DNA of 59,372 nucleotides, the filler included, from Sphacelaria rigidula (lineage: Eukaryota): NCBI GenBank assembly GCA_964200075.2. It is 5 parts of 5 records of this genome, joined end to end, with 100 filler letters (N's around TTAATTAATTAA, not from the genome) between each part and the next. Parts side by side here need not be neighbours in the genome. Positions count along the whole stretch, not along the records: positions 11,896 to 23,690 come from CAXNAA020004486.1; positions 23,791 to 35,585 come from CAXNAA020004487.1; 3 more parts are not named here. The stretch is one strand, 5' to 3'. Below are positions 11,896-24,235 of this stretch, in pieces. The translations under genes and the position numbers were made by a program. The notes beneath the pieces were generated by a model. The model was given only the letters and a program-made list of their open reading frames with translations. It was not told the origin of the DNA and made no database searches. Position 1 is the first letter of the stretch; every line of letters starts with the position of its first letter.

Positions 11896-13615
11896 GAATT
11901 GCGTGAAACATCCGGAGCGAAATCTGTCAAAATGGCGTGTTTGGCTGTTTTCGCGTTTCTGGCCATTTTTCGTCCCTTTCCTAGGCAAAAAACGAGAAGG
12001 TTTACATTTTTTAGGCCATTGCCCATTAATAAACGTGGGTCAGGTTGATTTTTTCCAATGTTTTCCACTGATTCAAGACGTTCTACTATGGTAAAGACCA
12101 TGTTTGACGAGAACGCCCCAACCACTATGAAAACAAAAAAGTGGAAGGCCCATGTTTATATTTGTTCGGCACTCCTTCATGGTTCTTCACACCAAAATTC
12201 GTCGCCGTCCGCTACATGCATCGGTCGGGAGTTTTATGGAGATTGTAGTATTGTCGCTTTCTCCCTTGGGTGTAGGAATTACTAGACAGGGTTTCATCAA
12301 CGAAAAATTATGGGCCCATACTGTTGAGCAGATGGGCACCTTCCCTTCGATTAGACGATTGATGCGATATGCGGATCACGGCCAAACTCGTCTGTGTCGA
12401 TGAGATATATTGCTTTTAAAGGTTAAATCCGTTTTCAGACTGGCCCAGCTCGTATGGGGTACCGATGCCATTCATCCCCGTCCATGGGTACGTCCACGGC
12501 GTCATTGAATCGCCAACTAGACTTCGGGTGATTGCGACGAGAGCATTGGCCGCAACGGATTGATCACCTCTTGATCCCACATGAACAAAAACCAGAGTGC
12601 TGAATAATAGCGCGCGAGATTTTGGCGCGGGGATCGATCGATCCACGCCTCAGCGTTGTGATGTTCATGTCAGCAAGCCCCGTCACCTTGAATGAAACAC
12701 CAGATATCATTCCTCCACCGAAGCTGCTCTTTGTTGCCAGCCAATGCAAAGTCCTTTCGGTTTGAAACCCCCTCTGATAAATTTCACCAGGTGGATCACT
12801 GGAAAGCCACCAATAAATTGACAGCCTTGGTTGAAAAGAGTACATTATGGTGAGACGTCATCACGTATAACGCATGCATGTCACCATTGGGGGTCGTGCT
12901 CGCCAGGAGAAAGGAACTGCTCAGCTTCAGTGTCGGAGTTGCTGGCGTTAGATGTCGGCCGATGGCACCAGCCTGAAAGCATGTCTGCTGACTGACTTGG
13001 CGTTCCGAATGTTGGCGTCATACCTTCGTTAGCTCGGACCAAACAGGTGCCGCGTTGAGCCAACGTGTCTCGGACACCTCGTCCGTTCATGTAAAGAGGA
13101 CGCCACACGCACCCAGACCTATGAGTACACTTGCTTGACGTGACGGTACTTGTTCCTCACGTACATCTGAAGCAAGGCGAGGGATAGCAGCTAGCATGGC
13201 AGCAGTGCTGCGAACTGAACACCCACGACATACGTTCATTTTTTCAAATAGTGCTTGGATTATGTGGGAGCCAGCAAGTCAACAGACGAAGTAAAGCCGG
13301 GGAAGCGTCAGGAAGAGAAGAAGAGCCGAAAACCGACAGCGAAAAAGCCACCGCTAGTGGCCCACACCCATTCAACCCCCGCGGATCCCTACCTGCCCAG
13401 AAACACAATAATGCCGCTCGACCCGGTCCGGCCCAGGTTCACCCCGAAATGGTACCGATTCGTCGCATGTCCTACTTATTGCGCTGTTCTGCCGACTTGG
13501 AACGGGACGTCGACCGGTTTATGAGAGGAAAGAAGAAAAATCGTTGCGGACGCACAAGACCCAGCGAGGAGCTACTTCCATTCCTCCCTCTCCCAACCGA
13601 TGAAGGTTCTTCTCC

Positions 13616-16600
13616 TCAGACAAGGTCGACGAAGGGCAGGGCCTGGATCGTCTCTACTTCCTCCGCATCCATCTTGACTACATGGGCACCCTTGGGCTGT
13701 ACGGGAGACCGCTTCAGCACCTTCTTCTCTGCTCGGGAAAAAGTTCCAAACGTTAGCACGCATCAAAAGCGAGGGAATGGGAGATAAAAAGGGATTACTG
13801 TTGACATGGGTCATTCCTCAAATATTATATCAGGAAAGTTGACTACACTCACGCGGGCTGGGGGAGGGGTAACAGGGTAACATGTACCCCTAGGCGATTA
13901 CATGGATGCTTGCGAACTGTTCGGAGCGTGGTACACAGCCATGGAACATTAAAGTATCAGCATACTAGGTACCACTTGCCTCGGCATGCCACCACAGCAA
14001 AGGAGAAGTCCAAGGAACGACGACCTCCAAATACAGGAACTACACTGGTGATTTACAGATAGGTACAGTACATACACAAGTGTAGAGAAATGTAGCCACG
14101 ACATCAAAATCACCATTGCGGAACGCTCAAGCAATGCGTCATCTCAGATACCTTCTAAATGACGAAGTATTCTCCACTGGATATTGGAGGGAGGTACACC
14201 GAACACACACACAACACACAACACACACAGGCACAAGAAACATCTTTGTGGTAGACTACGAAAATGTTTATATGTGACAAGTGATTGCATTCAGGTATGC
14301 CTGCGCATCTTCAATAAATTTTGATATGCCATCTCCACTATGTGTACTCATCGGGCCGTCTGACCGTCAAGGGAAAATAAAATAACTTGAGACGACCGAA
14401 AACGTCTCATCCTCCGGAACACGAATCACATCCCTGCCCAAAACATGCGGTGACATGGCATCGTGTTCGTGGCAGCAATGGCATATTCAGTGCTTGGGAT
14501 GACTCCCAAGCTCTCAACACATTTAATTATGATGGATAGGAGTCTATCGTTGCTCTCCAATCGTTTCATGTCCCCCCAAACGAGGCGAACATCCACTACT
14601 CGGCCACAAAAAGAGCTGACGGCAGTGGAGAAAGTCTGCTGATTTCTCAAGGTGGGGTAGGTGAAAAGATGAATCGTTTCCACAAGGGCACGAAGCATGC
14701 TCATCAAAAAGCAATCTCGGGTGTGTTCGATAAGGAAAGCGTATATCGACCATTTCGGTGATGATAGGACCTCAACGTGCACTAGTGGCAGTCTTGACGC
14801 CCATGTGGTGGTTCTTCCGCCAGCTTGCTGCGAGGGGTAATTTTGCGTGTTTCCTCCCCGTGTCTCGTGAGTTTGTTGAAAAATTTCTGCGGGAGACTCG
14901 TTTATCCGGTGGTCAACAGTAGTGGCTGTTAGTCCCCAACGTTTATTCCTCAGGACTTCGTTACTCACCTGTGGAGTTAATCGAGGCGGGGATTCGAACG
15001 CAGGACCCGCTGTCCACGACGAGTAAAGTGTCGTATTACAAGTATCGTACGTGAACGTGACGAGACCTCGATAGAAACGAGTTGGAATTCATTTTTCCAG
15101 GTGGTGGTATCCACAACTTTGTAAAGTAGGCACTCACCGCCGCCTTCCCTCGCCGCCTTCTTGGCGGCCTCGTTGTCCTTGACGCGCCTCTTAAGTTCAT
15201 CGCGGCACTTCGACGGGGACACGTGCTCTACGCGCACGTGGATTTGCTTCGAGATCACGCGGCCATTCACCTGCATGGACCCGGGAGGGTGGGGGTACGG
15301 GTGGGGAAGGGGGCAAAGGGCAAGAAGACAGAATACACCAGCGAAGTCGGAAGGAATACGAAATTAATTCCAGCCGTATCAGCAAAGAGCACCAAGGCTA
15401 CTGTAGTATGAAATAATGCACGAGACACCTTCTGGAAGCCTCTGCAACACACCTGCTACATACCTGTCATAGACCACGGTACGGTGGCAGGTGTTTCCCA
15501 ACTGTGTCGAGGACATTATATCCACGTCTCTCAACAAAGCCGCGATACTGTAGGTACTGACTAGTACGCTTACGACGATCACCTCAGCTGCATTGTTACA
15601 GTCACCTGCTTGTTGACGCGGAGGCCCAAGGAGGTCTTGGTAACGTTGAACACCACACCAGTGCGGCCGTGGTAGTACTTAAAGGGCATACCCTTGTGGA
15701 TGGAAGGGTTGCATTTGATGTCCACGTAGTCTCCCCTCTACAGCAGAGCCAAAAAACAGCATAAGCATGTGGCATGGTGCAAAGTTAGTAACGATTCTCC
15801 AAGGATTTGCTGCAGATGGCAGGGTCAGTTTTAGGCCGCGCATCGATTCGTACGTTCTCGGGTAGAAACGGTAACAGCGACCAACAACTTCGACGGCTGT
15901 TCTTAATCAGGAATCGTTCCGGGGATATCAGTGAATTCACAGGATGCAAACCATGAACTTGACGATTGACGGCAGTACCCTACGGCACCCAGGCCACGCA
16001 TGAAGTAGTCTCGTCCTACGACGTTTACGATACGAGTCAGGAGGTTTGATGTTATGATGAGCGGACATGCAAGACGAGGGAACGCCGGGCCTTCAACGAA
16101 GAAATGACGAAATTTGTATTTTCATCATTGGGATAGTTCGGCCGACGGGAATCCATAGGCCAGCTCGTCCAGTCGCTCGTGTCTCATCATAACGGCAAAC
16201 AAAAAGCGACCCACTGGCTTGCGGAAATCCTTGCGCGTTGTGCCACGTCTTCACGTGAGACCGCTTCTCATCACCATGACAAGCGTTCCAAGAAGAAATT
16301 CGGGCAGTAATTTTTCGTCAATTCGTTTCGACGGAAGCAGTCTCTGACATCATTTGCAGCGACTCTAGAAGACATTATACGGGTTCCACACCATGACGAG
16401 GACGCTAGTCCGCGTGATTACACCGTAAATCATTCGCTCAACAAGACAGGAGCCGTCTTACTGTTCAGCGTGTACCACCATATGTTGTCTGGTTGCCTCG
16501 AGTCGTATTTTCATCCATGGTACAGCTGCAGCTGCTGTATCGTCTGCTGCGTTGGGCGGCGGTTTTGGCTACCTCGTACGGTCACAATACCACGCTTGAT

Positions 16601-18360
16601 AGGAAACGTTACTGATCGACGCCTTCCCGGACAGACTGTCATCGTTCCGACACATCAACCAGAGCAATCACAAACTTTCCACTTTTACAGCGCCGAATCG
16701 TGCAAGGTTGACCTGTTAACCTCGGCTTTTTACGGGGGGTAGGGATCGTTATGTTGATGGAAGACACAATGTATCTCCCGTGCGTGTCCGTTAAAAAGCA
16801 CCGCCGAGTCGCGGCTGCATTTCAGCGCCGTGAAACATGAACGAACGCAACTGTGCGGGTCTGCTACCTCCAGCCGGGGACTTGTGTTCCAGGTGTAGTG
16901 GAGGCGAGATCGCTACCCAACGTCGAAACTTGATTTCTGCAAAAGTCCGCATGTTCCAATAGCACGTGCCGTATGACTTCGACCAAGATTTTGGCATATA
17001 TTTATCGATCAATCGCCATTTTTTCTCACAATTTAGTTGTTCAGCTTAATGAGCACTCGAAGCTTTCATTTCGAGGATCCGACCTGACTGTGAAGGGAAC
17101 AGTTGGATATGGTATATGCATGCATAGATAACCCTTCAACTGCTACTGGGAACTAAATTATACCGAAATAATAGCTCGAATTTTCACAATGACAAGTACA
17201 GCAGTCCACGTGCGTAGTTAAACCAGCGGATCGGAGATATTGGAGCGTCTGGATCGTACACCATGTAGCACTTGTGGCTGTGGATCTGCCGGCGCCACGG
17301 TGAGCTATGACTTGGAGAAAAAACGATGTACATGCCGTAACGCATGTTACCCATATGGCATCAGGAGAGTTGGGACCCGCATGGTTGTTGCCACGTACAC
17401 ATCCGTGCCAGTCAGTGCACTACAGCAGAGAGTACAGTTCAGTCCAGACAATTTGCCCGAAGCGTGCGAATACTACACGCACATGATTTTCCGGGGTTGA
17501 CATGTTGGGTACGCGCATTACATGTCCGTGTGTCTTCATTTTTTCCTTGTTCACGATCATGGTTACGCCCCTTCTTTCCTGCTGTCTTCACGTGACAAAA
17601 AATTTGACCCGAGGATGGAAGAAGAGGATGCAAGGCCGTCTAGGGGAGCTTACTATACCGCATCCCTAGACTAGCTGTTAGTTTGAAACCAAGGTGACCC
17701 GAACCCAGGGTATACTCATGTTTCTCCTACTGCCACTGCTCAATTACCCCGTACTTGTGCAAGTCATCGCACACCCCCTGGACCGAATCTCAAAGCTCGA
17801 TTACTCGATGACGAACCGGGTGCCAATACCAGACGACGCGTTTTCGGACAGCTATCGACGAGATCTTTCCAACATCAAACTTTTTAGAACTGATAATCTT
17901 CTCGTTGAGTTATCGAGCTTTGAAATTCGGTCCAAGGGGTGTGCGATCACTCGCAAAATTACTGTTCTTCATCATCGACTGGGCGAAAGTTCAGTCGGCT
18001 AGACTGGACGCGCTCTGCATTTTCAAACCAGAGTGCTGCCGACGGGTGAGCGCTCGTGTCTGCGCCGCAGCATTCGCCGCAGCATTCGCCGCAGTGCACT
18101 AGGATCGCGTTCACCAGGAAAGGTGTAGTACGCAACACCACAGCAGTGCGGTATGGCCTATTGCTATATAGGATCCGCTTTCGATTTGCTAGCGCATGCA
18201 GAAGAGAATTGCCAGTAGACTCACAGAGACTTGAGGCAAGGACTGTCGTACCCACCTTGTAGTTCTTGAGGTAGATCGAGAGGGGGTTGACTCCGTTCTT
18301 ACCGAAGTCACGCGCGAACATGTCGCGCGTGCGCGCCCGGTATCCGAAAGAGTGCGGCAT
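13616..18360 (-). CDS. RPL21: 60S ribosomal protein L21 (eL21), complete, 4 coding exons, 160 aa
   Basis: Exons 18256-18360 ([18 protein letters not shown]), 15606-15737 ([30 protein letters not shown]), 15138-15270 ([17 protein letters not shown]..) and 13616-13728 ([20 protein letters not shown]). All introns GT-AG, phases consistent, 483 nt total. Confidence 0.97.
14790..15060 (-). mobile_element. Possible tRNA-derived SINE in RPL21 intron 3
   Basis: Minus-strand B-box-like GTTCGAATCC at ~14990-14999; no second copy in the window. Confidence 0.3.
17750..17964. mobile_element. Hairpin MITE (~215 bp) with ~60-bp imperfect TIRs in RPL21 intron 1
   Basis: ATCGCACACCCCCTGGACCGAATCTCAAAGCTCGATTACTC versus GAGTTATCGAGCTTTGAAATTCGGTCCAAGGGGTGTGCGAT. 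Confidence 0.8.
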
Positions 18361-19937
18361 GGTTCCCCTGCTACCGGTTTAGCACTGCAGTTGTAGTCCA
18401 ACCCCACCCCCCAATCCACCCACCCCGCCCGCCGATATGAACACACGGACAAGGGAAAAGGCAGTGCAGTAAGGGAGAAGTCAAGTTCAAGACTTGAGCA
18501 GCGGAAAAAGCGGTGCAGTCATATCCGTGAGTCCATCCGCAATACTGAAGAACTATCTTTACGCACCAGCCAGCTGTGCAGGCAACGCGTTACGGTCACG
18601 GGGTATAGATGGGTCCGTACTACTTATAATGATGCTCTCCCTATCCATGGTGAAGACCGTCAGCAGGAAGTCTTGTACTCAAGAAAACCTCACCCATGAT
18701 GAGCGCCATCCGCAGGGAGTACTGTACTCCAGGAAATGACACGGTGGTCATCAAATCAATTTCGACTTTCACGTCGGATATCATCCATTGCCCATGGATC
18801 CCGTGGACTGGCAATTCCCCCTCATATATTTTCGGAGAGACAGCATACAACAGTTTTCAAGCCTTGTGAGGCTTATGATCACCACCAGGGGTGTTATCCT
18901 CAGTAATTTACATACAGCCTCGTTTCTGTTTGGACTCCAAGGTCAGCTGTGTGGGCTTCGACACAAGGGAAGGTCTTCATCACAGTCTGCACGACTAGTG
19001 AACACTGAAACGGAATACACACCGACCCTTGCCTGCTGCTGATTCAAAGCCAACTGCACATGCCTTCAATGACCAGCTGCCCTGGGCGTCAGACAAACTA
19101 TTGCGCTCTGTACGGTGATACAGTTGTTGGACGAGGGTATGACAATCGGAGTTGACGGTCATATATGGGCACCGACTGCACCACGACTGCAGCTGCGATG
19201 GCACAGCCGTCACCATCTGTTGTCTACTCGTAGTCAATACCAACTCGGCTCCTGCAAATCAGTCCCAGCAGAATATCGAGCTAGCCCGTGCAGTAGTCCG
19301 TGCAGTCTCTACAAAGCTAGTCAATTGAGAGCTGAAATTGCCCTGTCCCGCTCAGCTGCGCACACGTCCATCCGATGCTCTCCACATATAGGGTTAGGTG
19401 CAGTAAAAGAAACGGGGCACATTTGTACAACAAGTCATACACACTGCATATCGATACATGATGCTTCCCCTACTATGTCGGGTTCTTACCGGAAAGGGTG
19501 GTTATCAAGCTGGCTCCCGCAGCAAGTGAGATGGCACGTCCCCTTCCCGTCGCACACCGAAGCCACACAAACAAGCTTCATAAAACCCGTCATTTTCCAT
19601 ATATTATTTGTGGAGTTTACCGTAGGCCGTTGGCGTTTTTTGTAACGGTCAAATCCGACAATCAATACGTTGCGGTATGTATCATATTCCGCCGCATCAT
19701 GTTAGGCCGAAGCAAAACGACGGGGTGCTCTGTTGTGTCGCCTCCTAAAAGTGCATCTGAGCTAGCTCTTCACAGCAGTACAGTACTGTGAAGAGTAGAA
19801 TGATCCGAGAATCTCACCTACTTTAAGGGTAACAGGAGAGAAAAATCTCGCCTGTACAAAAGAGGTAGGTAGGCTCGAGAGCACCTGGTCCTGATGCAGG
19901 CTATTTCGAGCGAGGAGTCACGGAGGTATAAATAGCT

Positions 19938-21473
19938 ATGAATGACGACCAGCGCCAGGCGCTAATGGACCTTTTCGAGGCCGCCAGGGCCGACGATATT
20001 CTCGGCTGCAAGGCGGCAGTCGACAATGGTGCTGATATTAATTTCGCACAGGTATCGACATACTAGTTGCTTGCAAATACTCTCACTTCTCGATTTTGTT
20101 TTCATAACGCCACATCAAATACTGTAGTGTAGCGGCGGTCCAAGGGCCAGCGGTACACGTACAACAGCAGCACGCGCTGGCATCTGCTATTACATCGTGT
20201 ACACCAAGTGATATTTGTATTAAGCAGGGGGGGGGAGAAGGATTTGAATCTCCCTTCGCTGACATTAACCCCATTTCTGCTTAACCCCCCCCTATGCTAG
20301 TTGTTCCGAGTGTCTGGGTACTAACAACTCCGCGCCCCTGTGGTCTAATGGTTCGACCGTCACCATTAGGGTGGAGCAAACGTGATTTCGCTTCCCGACG
20401 CATGCGTTGCGTTTTTCTTCGAAGTTCGTATCTGATTTCCACCGTCGAAAGTGGAGTACTTGAGGAAACAAAATTCAGTTGGCTGACTTTGTTTGACGAG
20501 AGTTGACGTGATGCGGGAGTGCTGATAGTCATGACCCAATCCGCGAGACCAAAATGCAAGGTGTATACCGAGGAGAGATGGGTTGATCCATTGAGACCAC
20601 AGACTCGTCCCGAGGAAGGCGAGGGGTTCAAAAGTGCGACAAGAACGCAAAAAAAGAAGTCCTTCAGCTCGCCATAATCATTTCCCCCCCGTGGAGCCAA
20701 GGGTGGTATATGTGGACCCATTTGCCTCTACGGTCGTGCTCTCAACACCATGACGCAAGCACTCCCACGACCGAACGGGGTTTTCAACTTAATCTGCGTT
20801 TCAGACGTTCAAAATACTCACTCACTTGGATTTCAGCGCAGAATACAACATGTATAGCATGTACAGAAGTCAGAACACTCAGCCAGAAGCCACAATACAA
20901 GTATGCCGTGTATACGTCGTCTACGGTACTGCACTGTGCAATGCATGCGTCATCAGTTCCGAGCAGGAGTTATTTGCGCTACGGAAAGCTGGAGGGTGCG
21001 CCTAGGAGGAATCGAGTGGGGTTTCCAGGAGTGGGATGCGCCCGAGGGAGTTCACCCCGAAGCGGCCGACTCTCTTCTCATAATAGCGTTGAAGTGTAGT
21101 CGCCGAGATTTAACCGCCTGGCTCTCGAGTTGTCCTTCTATTAATTTCTCCCATAAGAATCGCGCGGGAAAGACTGCGGAGGATGTTGCGAGAGAGTACG
21201 GCAGGACTTCCTGGCTAACCAGCGTCGGTGAGAAGAATGAGACATGAATTATATTCCCTAACTCGTTATTTAACCCCATCAATTTTGCACAACACAGGAA
21301 CAAAAGCGGGGGGGGCCAAAAGTGCTACAAAAGGAGAAGAACGTAGAGAGGTCCTGTATGAGTTGGGCCAGCCGCATGAAGAATCTTTTGGCGCCTGACC
21401 ATCTTTGCACAACCCGTTTTCAAGAGTTAAAAGCTAAAATTTTGGCACAAGATTCGTATCAAGATGTAAAAAG
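19938..21473 (+). CDS. Ankyrin-repeat-containing protein, 5' exons (partial model)
   Basis: Exon 19938-20051 MNDDQRQALMDLFEAARADDILGCKAAVDNGADINFAQ|gt; exon ~20957-21223 with DSLLIIALKC..INFSHKNRAGKTAEDVAREYG (ankyrin pattern); probable exon 21298-21473. Downstream exons not resolved. Confidence 0.65.
20330..20660 (+). mobile_element. tRNA-derived SINE (family also at 23791 and 39859)
   Basis: Head CCGCGCCCCTGTGGTCTAATGG (A box); body CCAATCCGCGAGACCAAAATG..GAGAGATGGGTT..TTGAGACCAC is shared with 39859-40120. Confidence 0.8.
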
Positions 21474-21503
21474 GTACTGCTGTTCAATATTCTGGGGGAA
21501 GGA

Positions 21504-21505
<2 letters not shown>

Positions 21506-21566
<61 letters not shown>
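21506..21566. repeat. (GT)n microsatellite
   Basis: Direct read, about 30 units. Confidence 0.95.
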
Positions 21567-21568
<2 letters not shown>

Positions 21569-21725
21569 ATAACTCAACAAATTTATATTTGCAAGGAGAC
21601 GACCTCGTCCTCCACGAAAGGCGTGGAAAGGAGTTAATTTAAATTGGGAGATGGTAAAGGTAATGACTCCTACGAAGAGGTTGAGTCAGAGATTTGACGT
21701 GTGTATCGTTTATGAAACTGCGCTT

Positions 21726-22332
21726 CTTCCTCTATCCCATAAGTAAACTACGTTATGATTACACGGACTCTTGACCGTGTCCTTTGCCGTAGGTGATATA
21801 TTTTTTTGGAATCGTTGGTGTTTTTTAGTTGAATCCCATTTTATTTTTTCGCGCACTACTCGGCATGGACGAACGGCCCAAAAACCACAAGTCGGCCGGA
21901 AAAAGGCCCTACTCCGCCCCTTTTCCGGAAAGCTGAGAAGGACGACGGGAATCGCGGGAAAATGGCCAAAATCGCGAACAAAACGGAAACTGCCTATAGC
22001 TCCATTTTTCTCCGATTCGTCGCTTGTGTGTGACACCTATGTGTCGTCCGAAACCCCTCGGGCACGTAGCAGCCTTTATTTACTACGAAACAGGCCAATT
22101 TCGTCGAATCTACGCCGAAAGTGGTTCAAACTAGTCAAAATTGGTCGAAATTTGGTCATTTTCGACCCAGAAATTCTCAGTAAGTACGAGTCGGAATTTG
22201 ATTTTGATTTTTTCTATGGTCATCGCCATGGACAGAGCTTTCCAGCAAATCTAAGTATAGCATAATGGGCACATGCATTGGCAAGATACGATCTGCCGCC
22301 CATAACGTAGTTTACGTATGGGACAGAGGAAG
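21726..22332. mobile_element. Tc1/mariner (Stowaway-like) non-autonomous element, 607 bp, 32-bp TIRs
   Basis: CTTCCTCTATCCCATAAGTAAACTACGTTATG ... CATAACGTAGTTTACGTATGGGACAGAGGAAG followed by TA. Confidence 0.85.
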
Positions 22333-22772
22333 TATATGTGATGAGTAGAAGAAGGAAGATCTGGCATGGGTGCGGCATGATAGGTATTGAGGAACGCGAA
22401 CGTTGAGAGCACGGAATGGTGGATGAATCACACTTAATTTTGTTCCACGTATTAAAAGTGTGAAGAACGCAGAAGACCCGAATGTGTCACAGACAATGCG
22501 TTCTGAGGGGGAAAAAAGGCTGACACATGAAGAAAAAAGTATATCCGTTCTCCAAAAGTAGGAGTTTGCTCAGAAGTTGATATTTTGCTTACGAAAGAGC
22601 AACATTTCAATATACAACTGTTGCTTGAAATTCGCTCCAACATACACCTATACAACATTCGAGATTTCACGAAAAAAATTATTGTACTTGAGTAAGCGAA
22701 AAGGACGCGACTTCATATACGGTGGTTATGACGGACCACATGGACGAATACCCTCCGCGAGAAAAACGTCTG

Positions 22773-23085
22773 ATGTGTGTGTGTGTTGTCGTCCCTTCTA
22801 TTCTGGACGCCGGTCTACACCTTTCGGTACACACATATATCTATCTCTCTCTCTATATATATATATATGTGGGCGCACCAGCCGGGGTCACACAGGAGGG
22901 ACATCAACACAGAAGCTGTTTTATTTTATTGTTTTTAGTACCCCACCTTCCTTCTGCGATGCTTTCCTTTATTTTTTATCGCGAGAGGGGTTCAGCAGTC
23001 CCGACCGTGAAGTCGAATTTTGTGTACCCACGACATAGTCGCCCTCCACTGTTGGGCATGGTGTGAGGGGAACACGTTTATCGCA
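22773..23085 (-). mobile_element. Probable SINE/LINE-tail repeat ending in (CA)n
   Basis: The minus strand ends in a (CA)n tail; the body resembles an interspersed repeat by pattern recognition only; single copy here. Confidence 0.35.
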
Positions 23086-23690
23086 AAAAAAAAAACTGAT
23101 TGCCAACAATTGCACTAAGTCAAGATGGAAAAGTAGAGGCACACCAGGAGACCTTTGCGAAGCAACCGGTGTCGCTCCCCCAGTGTTTATTTTCATTACG
23201 AAGAAGCAATGTATTTGTGTACAATCTGCAAGTCGAAATATCCCTCAACATTTGCGTATCAACCTCCGATCGTACAACGACAATGTACGGAGAAAGCTCA
23301 ACCGAGGACGTATATTGACTCCATTACGGAGGCACATTGTTAATAGGTCCTCGGCCATATTTTCGTCAAAATAGATTCAAATCCAACAAACCATGGTGCA
23401 AACGAACCGCACGGAAAAATGCAGTTCGCCCCCGTGAAACAAAAGAAAGAAACAAAAAAAAACCTTGAGTTCTGGCAGATTTTTCGCTGTTTTTAGTCAC
23501 CCTGACAAAAGTTTGGAAAATTGACCACAACTCGCTTAACATTTGATGGTTCCCCACAAACGATGGTTCTAATGAAGAACCGCACAGACGATGGAAACAC
23601 GAATCAAAATACTTTGGGACCAGAAACAGCTTTCGGGTTAGGTTTGGCCGTATTTGTCGAAACTGTCCCGGTCCTCCTCAACTCGGCGCT

Positions 23691-23790
23691 NNNNNNNNNN
23701 NNNNNNNNNNNNNNNNNNNNNNNNNNNNNNNNNNTTAATTAATTAANNNNNNNNNNNNNNNNNNNNNNNNNNNNNNNNNNNNNNNNNNNN
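23691..23790. other. Artificial contig linker
   Basis: N44-TTAATTAATTAA-N44. Confidence 0.98.
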
Positions 23791-23952
23791 GTCAACTCAC
23801 GTCAAACGAACTCAGTCGGCTGCTTTGTTTACTCACGTTCCACGGTGGAAATCAGATATTACGAAAAAAAAACACCGCATCGGGAACCGAACCCTCGTTC
23901 TCTCCCCCCTAATGCCGCCAGTCGGATCATTACACCACCCGCGTGCGGCGGC
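23791..23952 (-). mobile_element. tRNA-derived SINE head (third copy), truncated by contig end
   Basis: Reverse complement GCCGCCGCACGCGGGTGGTGTAATGATCCGACT..GGGTTCGGTTCCC..GTAAACAAAG..GACTGAGTT..GAGTTGAC matches the 39859 and 20330 copies. Confidence 0.8.
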
Positions 23953-24039
23953 CTCTCGAGCAGCGGTAATACCAGAGAGTAAAGTAACTCATTGGAAGCC
24001 GTCATCTCTTTGCAAGATAACCACTACGCTTCGGGCCGG

Positions 24040-24230
24040 ACAATCTTAGCAGTATGTAGCTCACCCTTCATGCGACTCGCCGAACACATCACGGCGCTTC
24101 TCGCTTGGTGATTGATTGCGAGCCTGGTCCGGCGAAAACCCGGNNNNNNNNNNCCCGGCGTGCTCCCTCTCGGCTTTGTAGGGATGCGAGGTCAATGGTC
24201 TTCTGACTATGGTATAAATGATAACCTCCC
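24040..24230 (+). mobile_element. Family B non-LTR element, 3' portion
   Basis: CACCCTTCATGCGACTCGCCGAACAC..GAGCCTGGTCCGGCGAAA..GGGATGCGAGGTCAATGGTC matches the reverse complement of 35925-36100. Confidence 0.75.
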
Positions 24231-24235
24231 CAGAG

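Noticed and set aside
13120-13170. Alternative last exon of RPL21
   Set aside because: An acceptor-like site is present, but the translation is not L21-like; the true last exon is 13616-13728.
16037-16128. Box C/D snoRNA candidate (ATGATGA..CTGA, minus strand) in RPL21 intron 1
   Set aside because: No terminal stem and no rRNA-complementary guide that I can recognise; compatible with chance.
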